This document shows, one piece after another, positions 35,977 to 50,387 of a DNA stretch of 64,000 bases. The first letter of the stretch is position 1, and every line of letters starts with the position of its first letter. The notes beneath the pieces were generated by a model. It did no database searches and was not told the origin of the DNA. It worked only from the letters and a program-made list of their open reading frames with translations. The DNA lies in NCBI RefSeq assembly GCF_006345805.1, contig NC_042999.1, positions 125,488,001-125,552,000 of the forward strand, written 5' to 3'. Both the position numbers and the translations under genes were made by a program. The stretch is from Octopus sinensis. Its lineage: Eukaryota.

Positions 35977-38424
35977 CTGAAAAAAAATTAAATTCACATA
36001 AGAATTGAATTTTGAACAGTGTACATACTAAAAAAAAATTTTTAATCAATAAAGCTCTTAAGTTGGTTCAATTGAACAAATGAACATTTTACCAAGCATA
36101 TGAATAAAATAAATAAAATTTATAGTTAACTACAAAGCAGAAAAGTTGGATTGGAAAGCTGAAGATAACAGGTGTAATTTGAAGGAGAGTTGGATGCTGT
36201 TTCTAGCAGGTAAAAAAATATAGCAGCTCCTTTGTTGGTTTATGTTCCTTGTAACTTTAAAAGAGAATAATGGTGACCAAGGTAGTTGATTTCTTAGGCC
36301 AAGATATAAAATCAAATTCATTTGGCTTTGCCAGGATGGATTGAAGGATAAATTAGATCTTATAAGCTGAATAGGAACAATTATTCCTAAAAATCCTGTT
36401 CATAAATGTAGACCAAAGTACAATGGGGCCAATATACATTAAGAAAAAAAAGAAAAGGAATGATTATGAGATGCTAGCAAAATTCAAGTGCAGAGATGAA
36501 TGGAAAAAAAACTCATCCATATGGTGTATATATTGAGTAATAATCCTTAAAGTCAAAACAGAGATAGAGATTGTTCAAGTGAACGTACACAGTTCTTTAG
36601 AAGTTTTTTTTTTTTTTTAGCAAACATGCACAGTTTCAGCTACAAACTTTCCAATATTGTTCATATTACAAAAAGCCATTTGGATGGACATATACTTAAA
36701 TTTGGGGAATAAATGAAAAAAACAAAGACTTTGTTTTGTCTCATCTATATGGACAGAATGAAGAGAAAATAGATCACATCCAGTGTATGACATCATAAGC
36801 TTCTTTTCTTTTCTTGTTGAGATAACAAATATTTCCCTTAAATGAATTGATTCAAAATTCAATTCTCATGTGAAATTTATTTTTTTATGACCTTAGTTAT
36901 GCTCTGACTCTAAATTCATGCTTGCAATATGTTTTACAAAATCATCATCATTATTTAATGTCCATTTGTATTCTAAACATTGCTGCAGGTGAGATTCAAC
37001 CCTGCTTCCCTTAAACCAAATAAATGAAAATTCATGCTTGTTCTGACATTTAAATAAATCATATGAAGACAGCTGGAGATCATGAGCCTTCCAATATCTT
37101 GGAAGATCAGATAAGTGCTTGTTATATCTGTAGTTAAAAAAAACGAAGCTATGTGTAGTGTAAAGCATTAGTTAAGTCTGGTAAGTCCTTAATACGATGT
37201 AGATCAGAAATAACAATAGAAGCAACGTCATGAGAACATACATACCTACACATCCACACATGTACCTATTGAATTCCCTTACTAACAATTGTCATATAGC
37301 TGTCTCTTTCTTTAATCTTCCATTCTATCACTCTCTTTCACCTACTGGGAACAAGACAACCCCCTGATACTGATGAACAAATGAACAGAGACATTGTAGG
37401 GTGGAGTGGACTCTTTAAGCCAGCTAGGCAAAATACAACCTTTCTAGTTATGGTGCCATGTTAAAATGTACACAATACACTCTCAGGTGGCTAGCAAACA
37501 GCAACAATATAAATAGAGAGGACACTTCAGTAATATCAAGAATAAGGTAAACTCTAGTGTAGGTGTCACAACAAAATGCATCCAGTATACTCTGTAAAGT
37601 GGTTGATGAATGAACAGGAGACAGACTTCTTTGTCTGAGTATGTACTGGTGCCATGATAAAATACAGTGTACTCTGTTCAGTGGTTGACAATAGAATGAG
37701 CATCTAGCCATAGAAAGCAAGCCAAAAACAGGATATAAATGCAAGATGTAGCTGGGTGAACAAAAAACTGAATTGATTTGTGAAGAGCCAGCCAACCCAT
37801 ACCAGCATGGAAAAGCAGGTGTAACTTGAGGATATTAATGGAATTTTTAATGTTATCTTTTGATCAGCAGTGTTATTGAAACCTTTCAAAACAATCTTAG
37901 ACTCTCTGAAGATTATATATATTTATTAAGCATAAGATGGAGCACAACATTCTGAATACAGTTTATTAAAACTTGAACTATTTATGCCAAAAATAGAGTC
38001 TAGTCTAATTATAAAATAAATAATTGACTGCATATCTTGAATATATAAATTTTACATATGAATTCAAATACAATAATTGTAAAATTAAGGCACTCTACAA
38101 ATGGTTATATGGTCATGGGATCAAATTATGTAAGCCCACATAACTAATTTGTTTGGTCCCAGTCCTGCTTCAAATTTAAGCGATCAGCTGTAGGAAAAAT
38201 ACCAAATTATAAAAATATTTGCTTCAATATATAAGCAAATACTAAAATTAGTAAAACAAAATATTCCATGCATAATGCAAGGGATAGTAACATAAAATAA
38301 AATACATTTTAATGTGCAATATAAAAATATTTTTAAAATTATGAAGTGTTTTTTTTTAATGTAATTAAAAACTTTCCTAATATATTATGGTTAACACAGA
38401 CAATATAAAAATAGGATTACATAC

Positions 38425-38774
38425 CCATCAAAAGAAAACACCCCTGATGTGGACTGTGAGTGAGTATCTTCACAGTCACCATTGTCATTAAGCAGAGGAT
38501 GATCATCATCCACTATCTTGGAAACTAAATCATCAAGGGCAGTTGAACATCGTTCAGTTGAGCAACTACTAAGGCCAAATTTATCAATAAATTTTTCTTG
38601 CTCCCATGGATCTTGATTGAACAGCATAAACTGATTGGAATTAGCAAGAGGATCATTTGATCTATCACAACTCCATTGCTCATTTATATCTGTGTTGATT
38701 TGATAATTGTTATTTTCCAGCCATTCATCACCAGAAAATGGCATCTGTAAGGACTCAGATAAATTTGGTGTTGC
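38425..38774 (-). CDS. MEIOC: MEIOC coding exon (N-terminal region)
   Basis: tttattttcAG / GTatgt, 350 nt, phase 0 to 2. ATPNLSESLQMPFSGDEW...TALDDLVSKIVDDD...GVFSFDG. LVSKIVDD resembles vertebrate MEIOC LVSNILEE (recalled). An alternative acceptor ttacAG sits directly before the ATG at 38744. Confidence 0.82.
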
Positions 38775-40184
38775 CTGAAAATAAAAAATAGTTAAAGTTG
38801 AACAACATATCAGAACTTAAATGTAAGAAAATTTAATTATTTTTATAAACTGACATATTCACTTACATGATCAATATATAAATTAAACTAGTCAATACAT
38901 TTTCAAAGTGGATTGTATTCAAGATTGCTCATTCTAGTTTTTGAAATAAACTTATTTCTAACATTAGCCATTTTTAAAAATCATTATATGTTACATTACT
39001 TTAAACTGTTTTCCTGGCAGGGGCAGCGGGTGGATCTTAAAGTGCCTCATGGCAAAAATCAGTCCCCTATGCAGATACACACTAAACTCCACACAGTCCT
39101 CATCCATGCATAACCTCAATAGCTTTAGTTAGACATTTTTATCTTCCAGAATAAAAAATTTAAGATATATCTTGAAAAGGAAATCTTTGATCCAGTTTCA
39201 TTTCATATGTTGTCTAAATTTAACAAATGATCTTATGAGAGTTATCTCTCTTACTCTTTTCTTTTCTTTTTTTGTTTTGTTTTTGTACACCCCACTGGAG
39301 GGAACTTTTGTATTGATGGCTTGTGTAGTCTCAGTTAACTGAAGCTTTCAATTCACTATGTTATTTGTGTAAGTCCTTACTGTACTCTTATTTAGTATGC
39401 AGAAAAAAATCCCTTTGTTTTTATCTTTTTTTTTTTAAATCAAAGAAGTAAGACTGGTATTCATAATCTTTGCAGACTTCCAAGATTGGTAAAACAAAAG
39501 TTAATGTTTGGCTTGAACTTCTGTAGGAAAAATATGATTGAAAAAATTAGGCAAAGTGTCAAGTGCAAGATTTGAAGGAGTAAGACAGTAGGAATGATAA
39601 AGGGCAGTTGTAAACCTGAACAAAAGTGATACACTGCATACTACATCATAAGAGCAGAGACTGTGGTAGCTGCTACATAATAAGCAAAAAGAAACAACAT
39701 AGCTGTAAGACTGTAGTTGTACTGTGTTGATAAGTTTACTAGTTAGCTAAATTCCTTTTCTTCTTTTTTTTTAATGCTAAGATGCTTGTGTAGTAACAGC
39801 AGTGTTCCATTTATGTGAACAGTACTCCAATGGAGATCTTACTTTAGATCTTACAAGATCAGGAACTGATCAATGATAAAGTAAAGAAACCTGGTATAAA
39901 TATAATTATATCCTTAGTATCTGGGATGCAGTTATGATTGTGAGGCTAAGCATTTGAAGCAGATTTGGGAGTTTTAATTACATTTACCATATAAAGTGTA
40001 GTGTTGCAAGATTATCATCTCCCAGTTGGAGAGAGATTCTTAAGTTTTTGTTTATATAATCAATGCAAGTCTTACATAATTTGCTGTATGATACCTATGT
40101 GCAATATGTTAATCATAGGAGTGTGTTCTTGCACTGAGAAGTAACAGAAAAAAATTATCAATATACAGAAAGAAAAAAGCAACA

Positions 40185-40375
40185 AGCTGGCAGAATCATT
40201 GGTATGCTGAGTAAAATGTTTAGTGAAATTTTCATCCATCTTTACATTTTGAATTGAAATTCTACCAAGGTTGACTTTGTCTTACATCCTTTCAGAGTCA
40301 AACACTGGGATCAATGTAACTGACTTACCCCAACCCATGAAACTGCTGTCCTTGTGCCAAAATTTGAAACCAATA
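40185..40375 (+). mobile_element. Old copy of a second tRNA-derived SINE family (same family as 50388-50620)
   Basis: aagctggcagaatcattgg...gttgactttgtcttacatcctttc...ccaaaatttgaaaccaata aligns with 50141-50360. Confidence 0.65.
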
Positions 40376-40399
40376 TACAGAAGGAAGAATGTAGGAAAT

Positions 40400-41420
40400 A
40401 TAAACCAAAACTAGGCAAATAACAGAGTTGACAGAAAATGGCTCAGAGAGAGTCCTGTACACTCAGGTTGGAATGAAGTGGTTTGACAGGAAACTTCCAA
40501 GAAGTGAAAAATGGAATGAGGCCATTGGTAAATAATGTAGCAAAGAGGTTCTTGTGCTTGACTCAGTTTAAAATAACAACATTACTTTTGTTGAAGTTCT
40601 AAAGGACAAAAGACCAGAAGTAAATACCACAGAAATCTGATCACTTGTGATCTACAGAAGGGATATTCATAAAAATTTATCTTCTTAAAGATGGGACACT
40701 GTGTGAATCAGAAATTGAGGAGTTTAGTGAAAGTGGGAGCTAGGTCTGGAATGCACTGTTTGGAGATACTAAAAGAAACACCATCAGAACTGGTGGCTCT
40801 GATGGGTTGGTTTGATCAATGAGGTCTATGTACTTGTCAAATACATTAATGTAGTAGTACAATAGATCAAGTCAAAGATAGTGTAGGCATGGTGCACATC
40901 TGAATTGGAAACAAAACAGGAAAAATATTTGCTAGTTTCATCTGCAAGTGTGCTAATAACAGCAATGTTGGTTGAGAAGTGCATGTGGTAAGATTCTGAA
41001 AAAGTAGTGACCTTCATAGAAAGGGAGCCATCAGAAATTTGGGTAAGCTTGAAAGTTTGTGTTGCAAAAAGGCACATTCAGCTTTCCTAAGGTCTGTCTT
41101 CGAAGTGTTGCAATAATGGGGAGATACCTCTAAGTTGGTCAAGATTACTTCCTCTAACTATTGCATAAGTAAGTAAGCTACTTAGGATTTTTATGAGAGA
41201 ATTGAGACGTATCTCCTATGGTGAGTAAGTTGTTGCAAGGTAGGATGATGTGGGATGGTTAAATTTAAGTAGTGATCAAATGATTTGATCAAAGCCAAAA
41301 TGGTGCTAAGTAGAAGTTGAATAAATGTTGACAAAAGACAGAATTTAGAAAAGAGAAAGAAGTCAAACTGTTTGAATAGTTGGTGTGTTAGAGTTACACT
41401 TAAGTGAAGAGATTAACATC
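40400..41420 (-). mobile_element. Heavily decayed LINE (CR1/L2-like) RT remnant
   Basis: GC- and purine-shifted block with fragmentary RT-like translation (e.g. ORF 40826-41077); the motifs are degenerate. Confidence 0.35.
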
Positions 41421-41620
41421 TACAACCAGAGAAACATCTTCCTGGGGTCGTTATAAAGCCCATTTCTGAAAAAGAGGCAAAAAATATTTCATGCCCCAGC
41501 ACGACTGCAGTCAAATGACTGAAACAAGTGAAAGAATAAATGAATATGCTGATACTTTAAAAGTATACTCTACATTAAAATATTTCTCATACAACTAGAG
41601 TATCAAATGGTGCATTGTAA

Positions 41621-42419
41621 ACAAGTGGTTCTCAATGTTGGGCCTGGGAAAATTTTGAAGGTGCTTGAGAAAGTTTTGAGAGGGCCTTAGAAATTTTCTG
41701 GATTGGAAATAAGCTGTTTTTAGTATTCAAATTGTAGTCTTGACCAGCATTGCTGAAAGATTTTTCCAAAATGTAACGAATAAAATTCCAAAATGTAACA
41801 AATCTAAAAGATCAAAAAGGAAGTCTCTGATAACTGCACTTCAAAGTCACTGGTGTAGCTTTCAATTCACATGCAGTTTTGAATGCACTTATGAGAAAAA
41901 CATCATAAGTGAGTAAAAATTTATTTTTATTTGTGAGTAACTAATCTACTTCTTGCTAATAAATAGTTCATTAATACTCCATCCTATTATCACACAGAAT
42001 GGTTATGCTGACCATGAAACGTTATGAAGAGGAAGCATGATCTCCTTTTGCCATTCATTATGTAATTAACAGTAATTTGTTAGTCTTACCAACCTAATTG
42101 AAAAACACCAACCGCAATGTAGCCATTAAATTGCTTCTTCATTTCTTGTAAATATACTTTTCTTCCATCTTTAGATGGTTCATTTTCTTTTTGCTTGCAG
42201 GTTCCATAAACAAGAAGATATTATAACACTGATGTAGTATTCATTTAATGACTGTGATTGTACCTGTACATGAAGCTGGCATGTGGAAACAATTATTACT
42301 TTATGAGGTTTATATTCCGGAAGAGGGTCGGAGATAACTGGTTTAGAGGTCAGTGGGCCTGGAGTTTTTTGATCATAAAAAGTGGGCATGAAGGTGAAAA
42401 AAAGTTGAGAACCACTGTT
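41621..42419. mobile_element. hAT/Charlie-like element bounded by CAGTGGTTCTCAA-type TIRs
   Basis: caagtggttctcaat at the left end and gttgagaaccactg at the right end; same TIR type as 5020-5371. Confidence 0.5.
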
Positions 42420-45059
42420 CTAGACTGCATCCAAAGGAACAGATTCAAATAAAAATTCATTCATTCAGTCACCTCCTTTAACTACTGGCTCATCAATTCT
42501 CCTTGATCCTTTTAATAATTTCTATCTATTGCTCCAGTTTCCATTCTTCTCATATTGTCAACACTGTACCAACCCCAAAAGATCCTTCCTTTCCTGCTGT
42601 TATCAACTACACTAACTTTATGGTTAAAACTTATTCTAATTTTCCCCTCAATCCTTATTCTACAATAATGCACCACTATGAAATTAAGTACTCAAATCTC
42701 CCCACCCCACCAAATGAAAAGCATTAAAATCACATCAACCTCACCTATCTCTATCAGCTAAAAGAAGGCTTGAAAGTACTTAGGGTTCTGATCCTTACCT
42801 GAACACTGATTAAAAATAAAATCTTTATGACAAACATTTTTTTCCCATTAAGAATACATATTTTAATATTTCATCTAAAAGTTTACATTTGTGTTGACCT
42901 TTAGCAGTACCTTGGTTGCCTCTTAGAAGTTCTGAATGATATAGCACTGTACGTCCACTCATGTAAATACAGAATCAAAAGTCCTTGACATACACATATA
43001 AATACACATGTGTGTGTGGTAATCAAAAAGAAGGCATAGGACACTAGTTATCATAGCCAAAACAGATCATGAAGGACAAAGCACTAGCATTGATAATTTT
43101 TTAAACCAGCAAGATTGCATCATTACAAGTGATCACAGCTACAGCAGCTTCAAGTTTTTAAAGTTTGAGGTCTATCCACTTAATGTTAGATGAAAGGTTG
43201 CCTTAGGTCACCACTCACTGTCTCTTTTATACTTTCTCTCTGAAACATTTAAAAACACAAAACGAATACCGCCACCACTCATTGTCTCTTTCACTCTCTC
43301 TTACTTCCTCACTCGCTTTGCCACTTCTTTGAAGTGTGACGCACACAACAGGTATGTACAAAAGCAAAAAGTTTGCATATTAATATTATTGATTTGTTGG
43401 TGTGTGTGTGTATATGTAACTGAAACCTTCTCTTCTATCAGCTTCCCTTATTAAGTAACTCAACCTATGGAAATTTCAATAATAGTTTCAAGAACAAACC
43501 AGGATATCAATATACCAAAACCCAGGAATGAACCAAGGATCTTTAGAGCTTCAGTCTCACACTCTCAACTGAGTTATTTTTACTCTCTGTAAATGGCCTC
43601 ATTATTTTACTAATGCATATTTACTGCCATTAATGTAACAATATTTTGCTAATTATTACCAAACAGAAGGAAAATGAGAAGGAAAAAAGTTCTTTCCAAA
43701 TCGTAAAAGGCTTGTTGTATTTTTATACAAGTTTACACATTTCTTTTACATGTTTAGATTTGTCTGAAATCTATTTACATAAATAACAGATGTAGTTTTT
43801 GCAAAAACACTCCTAACACCCAACACTTTTACAATTAGACATACCAAATATACACAATTCATTTGTTGCTCAAGCTGCTGAAAATAGTCAAAACTTTAAT
43901 ATATCATGCTATACAGGACAATATAGTTCCAGATATATAAATGACAAGATTATCAAGACTGGAATGCTTTGCATCATAGCTTTTCAACTGATCTGGGATT
44001 ACCTAATAACATAAAGTTTGCTTCAAGCCAATGATATTATTAGACTGACAGAAACCAACCTCCTGACAGTTTTTTGCTAGTCTTTCTAATAACGCTTCTC
44101 ACTTAGGTATTTCAGCCTTCCACAACAATCCAATTTTTGTTCAATTCATCAATTATTTTTCTATACAAGAACTGGTTATTTGCTGGTATATTTTTTTTTA
44201 CATATAAATTTAAACATTTGCTTACAATTGAATAAATAGGTTTTATAAATTGCTTTTTCTACTGCCATAAAATAAAGAGTTGAATCTGTTGTCAGCCAAT
44301 TAAAGGCAGAATTATGTAAATTGAATAACTATGAAATACTTCATGTCTTTTTTTGTTGTCTTATTTATAGTTCCTGATATACAAGTGATGAGATTATCAA
44401 GACTAGAACACTTTTCATCATAGCCTTTCTGGGATTACATGACAACATCAAAGTTTGCTTCAAGTCAATATTACACTAGCAGAAACCAAACTCCAGGTTG
44501 TTTTCTGCTGGTCTCTCATACACAAACAAGCTTCCATGCAGTTTCTATCTATCAAATTCCACTCAAAATGTATTGACCCACCCAAAGCTATGGTAGAAAA
44601 AACTTGCCCAAGTTGCTATGCAGTGGAATCAAATCCAGAATTGTATGAAAAAGTGAACTACTTAATCACACAGCCTTGCCTCCTTACATTTTCTTTACCT
44701 TCCTTAGCCATCATTACTCATTTAGAATATTTTAATATTTATGTTCATTGTTAAAATCTAAAAGAAACATTTATAAGAAATATTTTACAAATTTTACTGT
44801 GCTTTATCAATCAATAGCAAAGGAAGGAAGGTCAGGTGGACAGATTGGGTCAGTTGGTAGGCAGCAAAATCATGAAATATTTAGGATAGGATTTTGAAAT
44901 CAAGAACAACAAAGCAAAAGTTGGCACCATAACCTTTCAACAAATAGTACTTCTTAAGTATAACTGTTCAGAAAGTGTGTGGGCAAGGTATTGCATTACC
45001 ACTCGTCAGTTGTAAGAGTTCAAATCAACAGCAGATGTTTCATCTGAACAAGATATTAA

Positions 45060-45259
45060 CCCTTTTGTTACTAACCTGGCTCTGTGGTAAAATGTCTTGT
45101 TTTCATAAGTTTTGAATTAAAATATTCAACCAAACCTTAGTCACAATTTACGTTCCTAACACTAGCTTAATGATAACAAAGTTATTTTACTAAATTCTTT
45201 TTTATGTTTAAAATAATTGAAAGAAACACAGACCATCTCAAAATACAGTAACGAAAGGG
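45060..45259. mobile_element. piggyBac-type MITE, 200 bp
   Basis: TTAA at 45056-45059, CCCTTTTGTTACT...AGTAACGAAAGGG, TTAA at 45260-45263. Confidence 0.8.
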
Positions 45260-46097
45260 TTAAATAACTATTTACTCAGCAGTAGAGCTACCAGATCATC
45301 TAGGAATTTTACCGGCAATAAACTTACATCAAATAAAAGGGAAATTTAAATCTCACTTGTTTAATTCCATGAAACTAGTTTAAGTAAATATTTGGCATTA
45401 GAAAAATATATATTAAATAATATAGATTGAAATTTTTCTAATTTTTCATGTAGTTCTGGCTACATTTTGCATCATGAAATATAGAGATCAAGTTTAGATA
45501 AAGAAAGCGATTGATAAATGCATTGGATTTTGCATTTGTTAAAAAAATATCATTGGCTGTAGATTGATAAGTAACAAAATGGATATAGTTTAATGTAGAA
45601 ATTTAAAATAAATATAAAAATTTTTTTTTTCTATTTTTTTAAAACTTCTTATATGTTTTGGAAAACATGTCAGTGAATTAGATAAAAAAAAGTCAACTTT
45701 TTCTTTTATTTTAATGATTTCAGTTTCCTAATACACAAGAAATAATTTAACTAAAACATTTATAAGATAAAACAAAACATTTTTACTGATTTGTTTTTTC
45801 AATTTGTTAATCTGTAAAGAATGAATAGAGTTATGAGACAATCTTGGATTGGAAAGACTGGTATTCTTAATCAGCTCTTTTAAAAGTATACTTATTATTC
45901 ATAGCTAAAGAACATTTCATTGATATTGGCTTTGCTAAATTCAGAATATGGTCTTCTCAAAACAACACTTTTAAAGATACTTAAACAAGGACATTGTGAA
46001 GTTTTCTATGTTTTCATAAGAGATAATGCATGCTGTTAAATTTCATAAAATTGTCAACATTGAATTGCAAAATGCACTAGAGGTTTGTATTAATAGC

Positions 46098-46099
<2 letters not shown>

Positions 46100-46163
<64 letters not shown>

Positions 46164-46905
46164 TCATCATTTAACATCCACTTTCCATGCTGGCATGGGT
46201 TGGACAGTTTGATTGAAAACTGATAAGCTGGGGGGGGCTGCACCAGGTTTCAATCTTCCTAATGCACCAGGTTCCAATCTTACTAATGCCAACCAGTCTA
46301 AGAGTGTAGTGGGTGCTTTTTACGTGCTGCCAGCATGGGTGCCATTAACCTGACACCAGCAACAACTACAATTTCACTCGGTTCAACAGGTCTTCACAAG
46401 CACAACATATTGCCCAACAATTGAAGGGTGCTTTTAATGGGCCAGTTACATGATACTGGCATCAGCCATGTCTACAATCTCACTCGGTCGCAGTTGCTTG
46501 TTATCCTCTGTGAGGTCCAACATTTGAAAATCATGCATCACCACCTCATCCCATGTCTTCCTGGGTCTACCTCTTCCACAGGTTTCCTCCACCATTAGAG
46601 TGCAACACTTTTTCACACAGCTGTACTCATTCATATGCATCACATGACCATACCAATGCAGTCATCTATCTTGCACACCACATCTGATGCTTCTTATGTA
46701 CAACTTTTCTCTCAAGACGCTGACAATGTCGTGCATGCATACTGACATTACACATTCAGAGGAGCATGCTAGCTTCATTTCTTTCAAGCCTACATATGTT
46801 CTCAGCAGTCACAGCCCATATTTCACTGCCATGTACCATGACTGTTTGCACAAAGGCATCATACAGTCTGTCTTTCATTTTGAGCGAGAGGCCCTTTCTT
46901 ACCAA
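46100..46905 (-). mobile_element. (TA)n tract (46100-46160) followed by a decayed RTE 3' fragment
   Basis: tcatcatcat tail at 46161. Translations TCGRGRPRKTWDEVV, HGSEIWAVTAE and GLSLKMKDRLYDA match 7024-7500. Confidence 0.8.
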
Positions 46906-48351
46906 CACACACACATATATACACATATAAACATATACATACATACACACACACACACATATATATATATGTGCAAACTGATAAATAATGAGAAAGCAGA
47001 ATATACAGATGTGGCATACAATACTGTAATGGCCTGAAGTAATAGTGAAAAGGTTATTTCTGAAGAGAAAGGAACATATTGAGGAGTAAAAAGGTTTTTT
47101 AAGAATATTTAATTGATAAGTGCATTGCTATAATATGTAGCAAAACATTTACTAATAAACAGCTGCTGATCTAATTAATTAGGACAAGGCTGAAACAATT
47201 ATTTGAGGAAATTCAGGCAAATTTCCATTTACCAAGATTCATGAAGCATTTTACTGAAATTACATGTAACAACATGCATTTCACTAAAGTGCTCTAAACA
47301 GAGAATTCTACAGTGGACACTAATGTATAATCTAATGAACTGGCAATACATCCTTTAAGAATATGCACCTAAGTCTGAGTAGCAGTGGGAAAAATTCAGA
47401 AAGAATCTGATATATAAATTATGAACATATTTGGAAAATTTTCAGTTGGCCTCAGTTGTATAATGTTCTATAAACAATTTGGCAAAATTTTATATCTGAC
47501 TTTTTCATTAAAATACTTTAAAATTTCTATATTTTCATACTTGTTTAACATCCTTCAACTTGTCAACAATTGCTCTTGTCCTATGTATTAATATATCCTA
47601 GATTAGATTTGAACTTAGTAGCTTTATTTCTAATATAGTATTTGAACACTTAAACTGTATGTAATAGGGTTATGTGTTCAAACCTAACTTGTGGATATGT
47701 TATTAAATACAAAAAAGCATAATACAGTACACCAATCAAAATATCATGTAGAACAGAGATACATGAAAATGTTATTAGTCTAAAAATTTTTAATTATTTT
47801 ATTTAGAGAGAGAAATTCTTTTACCAATATTGAAATTGAGTAATTTTGAAAGGTATGTGAAAAATAATGTTTGTTATATTTCTTCAAGAAAAACAGGTAT
47901 TGGTATTATCTCTTACCAGTTAGGTAACTTGCATAATCAAGGTGAGCAGCAATTATATGCATTGATAACATTTTTTTGACATAAATGCAGACATGCCTTC
48001 ATAATTAAAAATTCTGCTTTGCAGCCACATGATTCCAATTCAATCTTGGTGTGTAGCACACTGATCAATAGCTTCTGAGAGGAATTTGACAGATTGAAAC
48101 TGCACAAGTCTGTTACATATGTTTGTTTGTGTATGTTGTCTAAAGACCAGCATCATGGTTTATGTTGAGTCCTTTTCTACCCTATAACTAAACTGGTCAA
48201 CAAACACTTAAGAGTCATGGCGAAGATAAATTACTTTATAGAGTTTATTTAAAGAGTTTGTAAGTTTTCACACCTTATTTATACCATTAAAATATCTTTA
48301 AAAAGAAAAATTCAGATAAATATACTTTTTAATTCTTGTATTTATTCTTAC

Positions 48352-48474
48352 CTGGCCATTTGAAGAATAATTATATTGTCTCTCAAAAAGTTTTTCAATG
48401 AGACTAATATTTCCTTCCAGGTGAATATTATTCATTTGCCCATTATTGAGATAACCAAATCCTGTAGACAATGT
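48352..48474 (-). CDS. MEIOC: Probable upstream MEIOC coding exon
   Basis: ttattttccAG / GTaaga, 123 nt, open frame TLSTGFGYLNNGQMNNIHLEGNISLIEKLFERQYNYSSNGQ, phase 0-0 and in frame with 38774. No homology recognised. Confidence 0.65.
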
Positions 48475-48929
48475 CTGGAAAATAACATAGAATATATATG
48501 TATATTAAATGCATGCATTGATAATCATTGTAAACAGTGTTTTTCCATTTAATATCAGTTATATTGGTTATTTAATACAGCCATAAAAAGAATTGACATT
48601 GCTAACTACACATATACACAAAAAAAAAAATGAAAGAAAGAAAGAAATTTCATATAAACAAATGAGTTTTAAGAGCAGTTTTGGTAACCATTTAAAAAAT
48701 AACTCACTTAAAAAATAAGCTCACTTTGAGGAAGATAATGTTACATTTTTATCAAGATATATATGGACACCAAAGGAACCCAGCAGGTTAGCCAATGGTC
48801 AATCATCAAGTACTTCATGTGTTAGTTAAATGAAGTAGAGCCACACAAGCCAGTTGATAGATTATACTGACACTATTTCAATATATTAAACAGAGAATGG
48901 AAATTATATGAACAAAACAAGAAAGAATA

Positions 48930-49490
48930 TAACATAGAGAGCGAGAAATTGAAGTGTTTGTGTATGGACAAACTTTGTGGTGTGATATTTGAAGATGATG
49001 GAGGGAACATTGTATAGGCTAATGACCTTTTTGGTTTGAAGTAATTGGAGGTATTTATGCATTTGGTCCATGTGTATACAAAGTGGGGAACCCTCGTGGA
49101 GAGGAAGGGTAAAGATTTGGAGGGAATTTACCAAGTGTATATAGTGTGGAGTTGGATGCTAAGTGGGTAATGCATGGAGGTGCTGGTCACTGAGTTATTA
49201 TAGATGAGAAATGGAGGAAAAGAAGGTACTGCAAAGATGGTAGGGATTATTTGGCAAGAGACTGAGATGACTGGTGGCAATTTGGGAGGCCAGATAGCTT
49301 AAGTGCTATGTGATGCATGAAGGCAGCTTTTGCAGTTTGGATAATTGCAAGAGTTGTCTTTTTATTGGATGGCTGTTATGAGTTTGATCCACATGGTCAA
49401 ACAACAAATGAAGCATTTTATTTGGATACCATGAGGCATTATAAAGGAAATATGAAGGAAGAAGCTTGAGATGTGGACAAACAAAACCTG
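48930..49490 (-). mobile_element. Decayed CR1/L2-like LINE C-terminal remnant
   Basis: Translation GFVCPHL...LFDHVDQ resembles the YKxxVRPHLEY...LLDRVQ region of CR1/L2 ORF2. Confidence 0.35.
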
Positions 49491-50140
49491 GATGTGGCAC
49501 AATGACAGCACTATTTAACTATGACTTTTTGACAAAGCACAAGATAATTCTTGTCTCTTAGCTGCCTTACTCTCCAGAATTAGCCCTACTGCAGATTTTT
49601 TTTTTCCTGTTCTTAAAGTTGAATCCACCCAAAAAAGTTTGTCTATTTTAGATGATAGAAGAAATGGAAGAAAATTTGCAACAAGTACTGCGTACTACTT
49701 TTGAAAATACAGTCTACGGCATTCAAGCAAAAAAGAAAAAAAAAAAAATCTTGGGACCAATCTGTCAACAGTGGAAGGAACTATTTTAAAGGACAAGTTA
49801 GATTATGTATAAAGCAAAAAAACTTATGGTTTCTTTTTGGTCAGACCTTGTAGCATGAACACTTTATTTTACTTACATAAAGTGGAGAATGGGCATAAGG
49901 ATAAACCAAGCATATTCAATTATGCTAATTGATAAGAGTATCATCTTTTAAAAAAAAGCACAACGGAAACTTCATGGTGTGTCAGGAAACAGAACAGCCA
50001 AGATGTCTAAAAGGTTGCTATATTGCAATTCTGTTTGAACTATGCCGACATAGGAAACTGATAATTGATATCTAATTGCATCATTAGTCTAATCATTCAC
50101 ATTTGCATGCAAATTCACATTTTAATATTTTGTCCTTTGT

Positions 50141-50360
50141 TAGGAAAGTGGGCTCACAGAACCATTAGCATACTGAGCAAAATGCTTAGTGGCATTTCAT
50201 CTGTCTTCACATTCTAAGTTCAGATTCTGTCATGGTCAACTTTACCTTTCAGCCCTTTTGGGATTGATAAAATGAGTATCAGTTGAGCACTGGGGTTGAC
50301 ATAATCGACTTAACCCTCCCCCAAAATTGCTGGCCTTGTGCCAAAATTTGAAACCAATAT
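50141..50360 (+). mobile_element. Older copy of the second SINE family
   Basis: Aligns at roughly 70% by eye to the reverse complement of 50455-50620. Confidence 0.7.
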
Positions 50361-50387
50361 TTCATTCTTTGTCATATATATATATAT

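Noticed and set aside
42800-42806. Possible 7-nt microexon (cAG|TGTTCAG|GTaagg) on the MEIOC strand
   Set aside because: It would frameshift between two phase-0 exons (48352 and 38774), and there is no other support.
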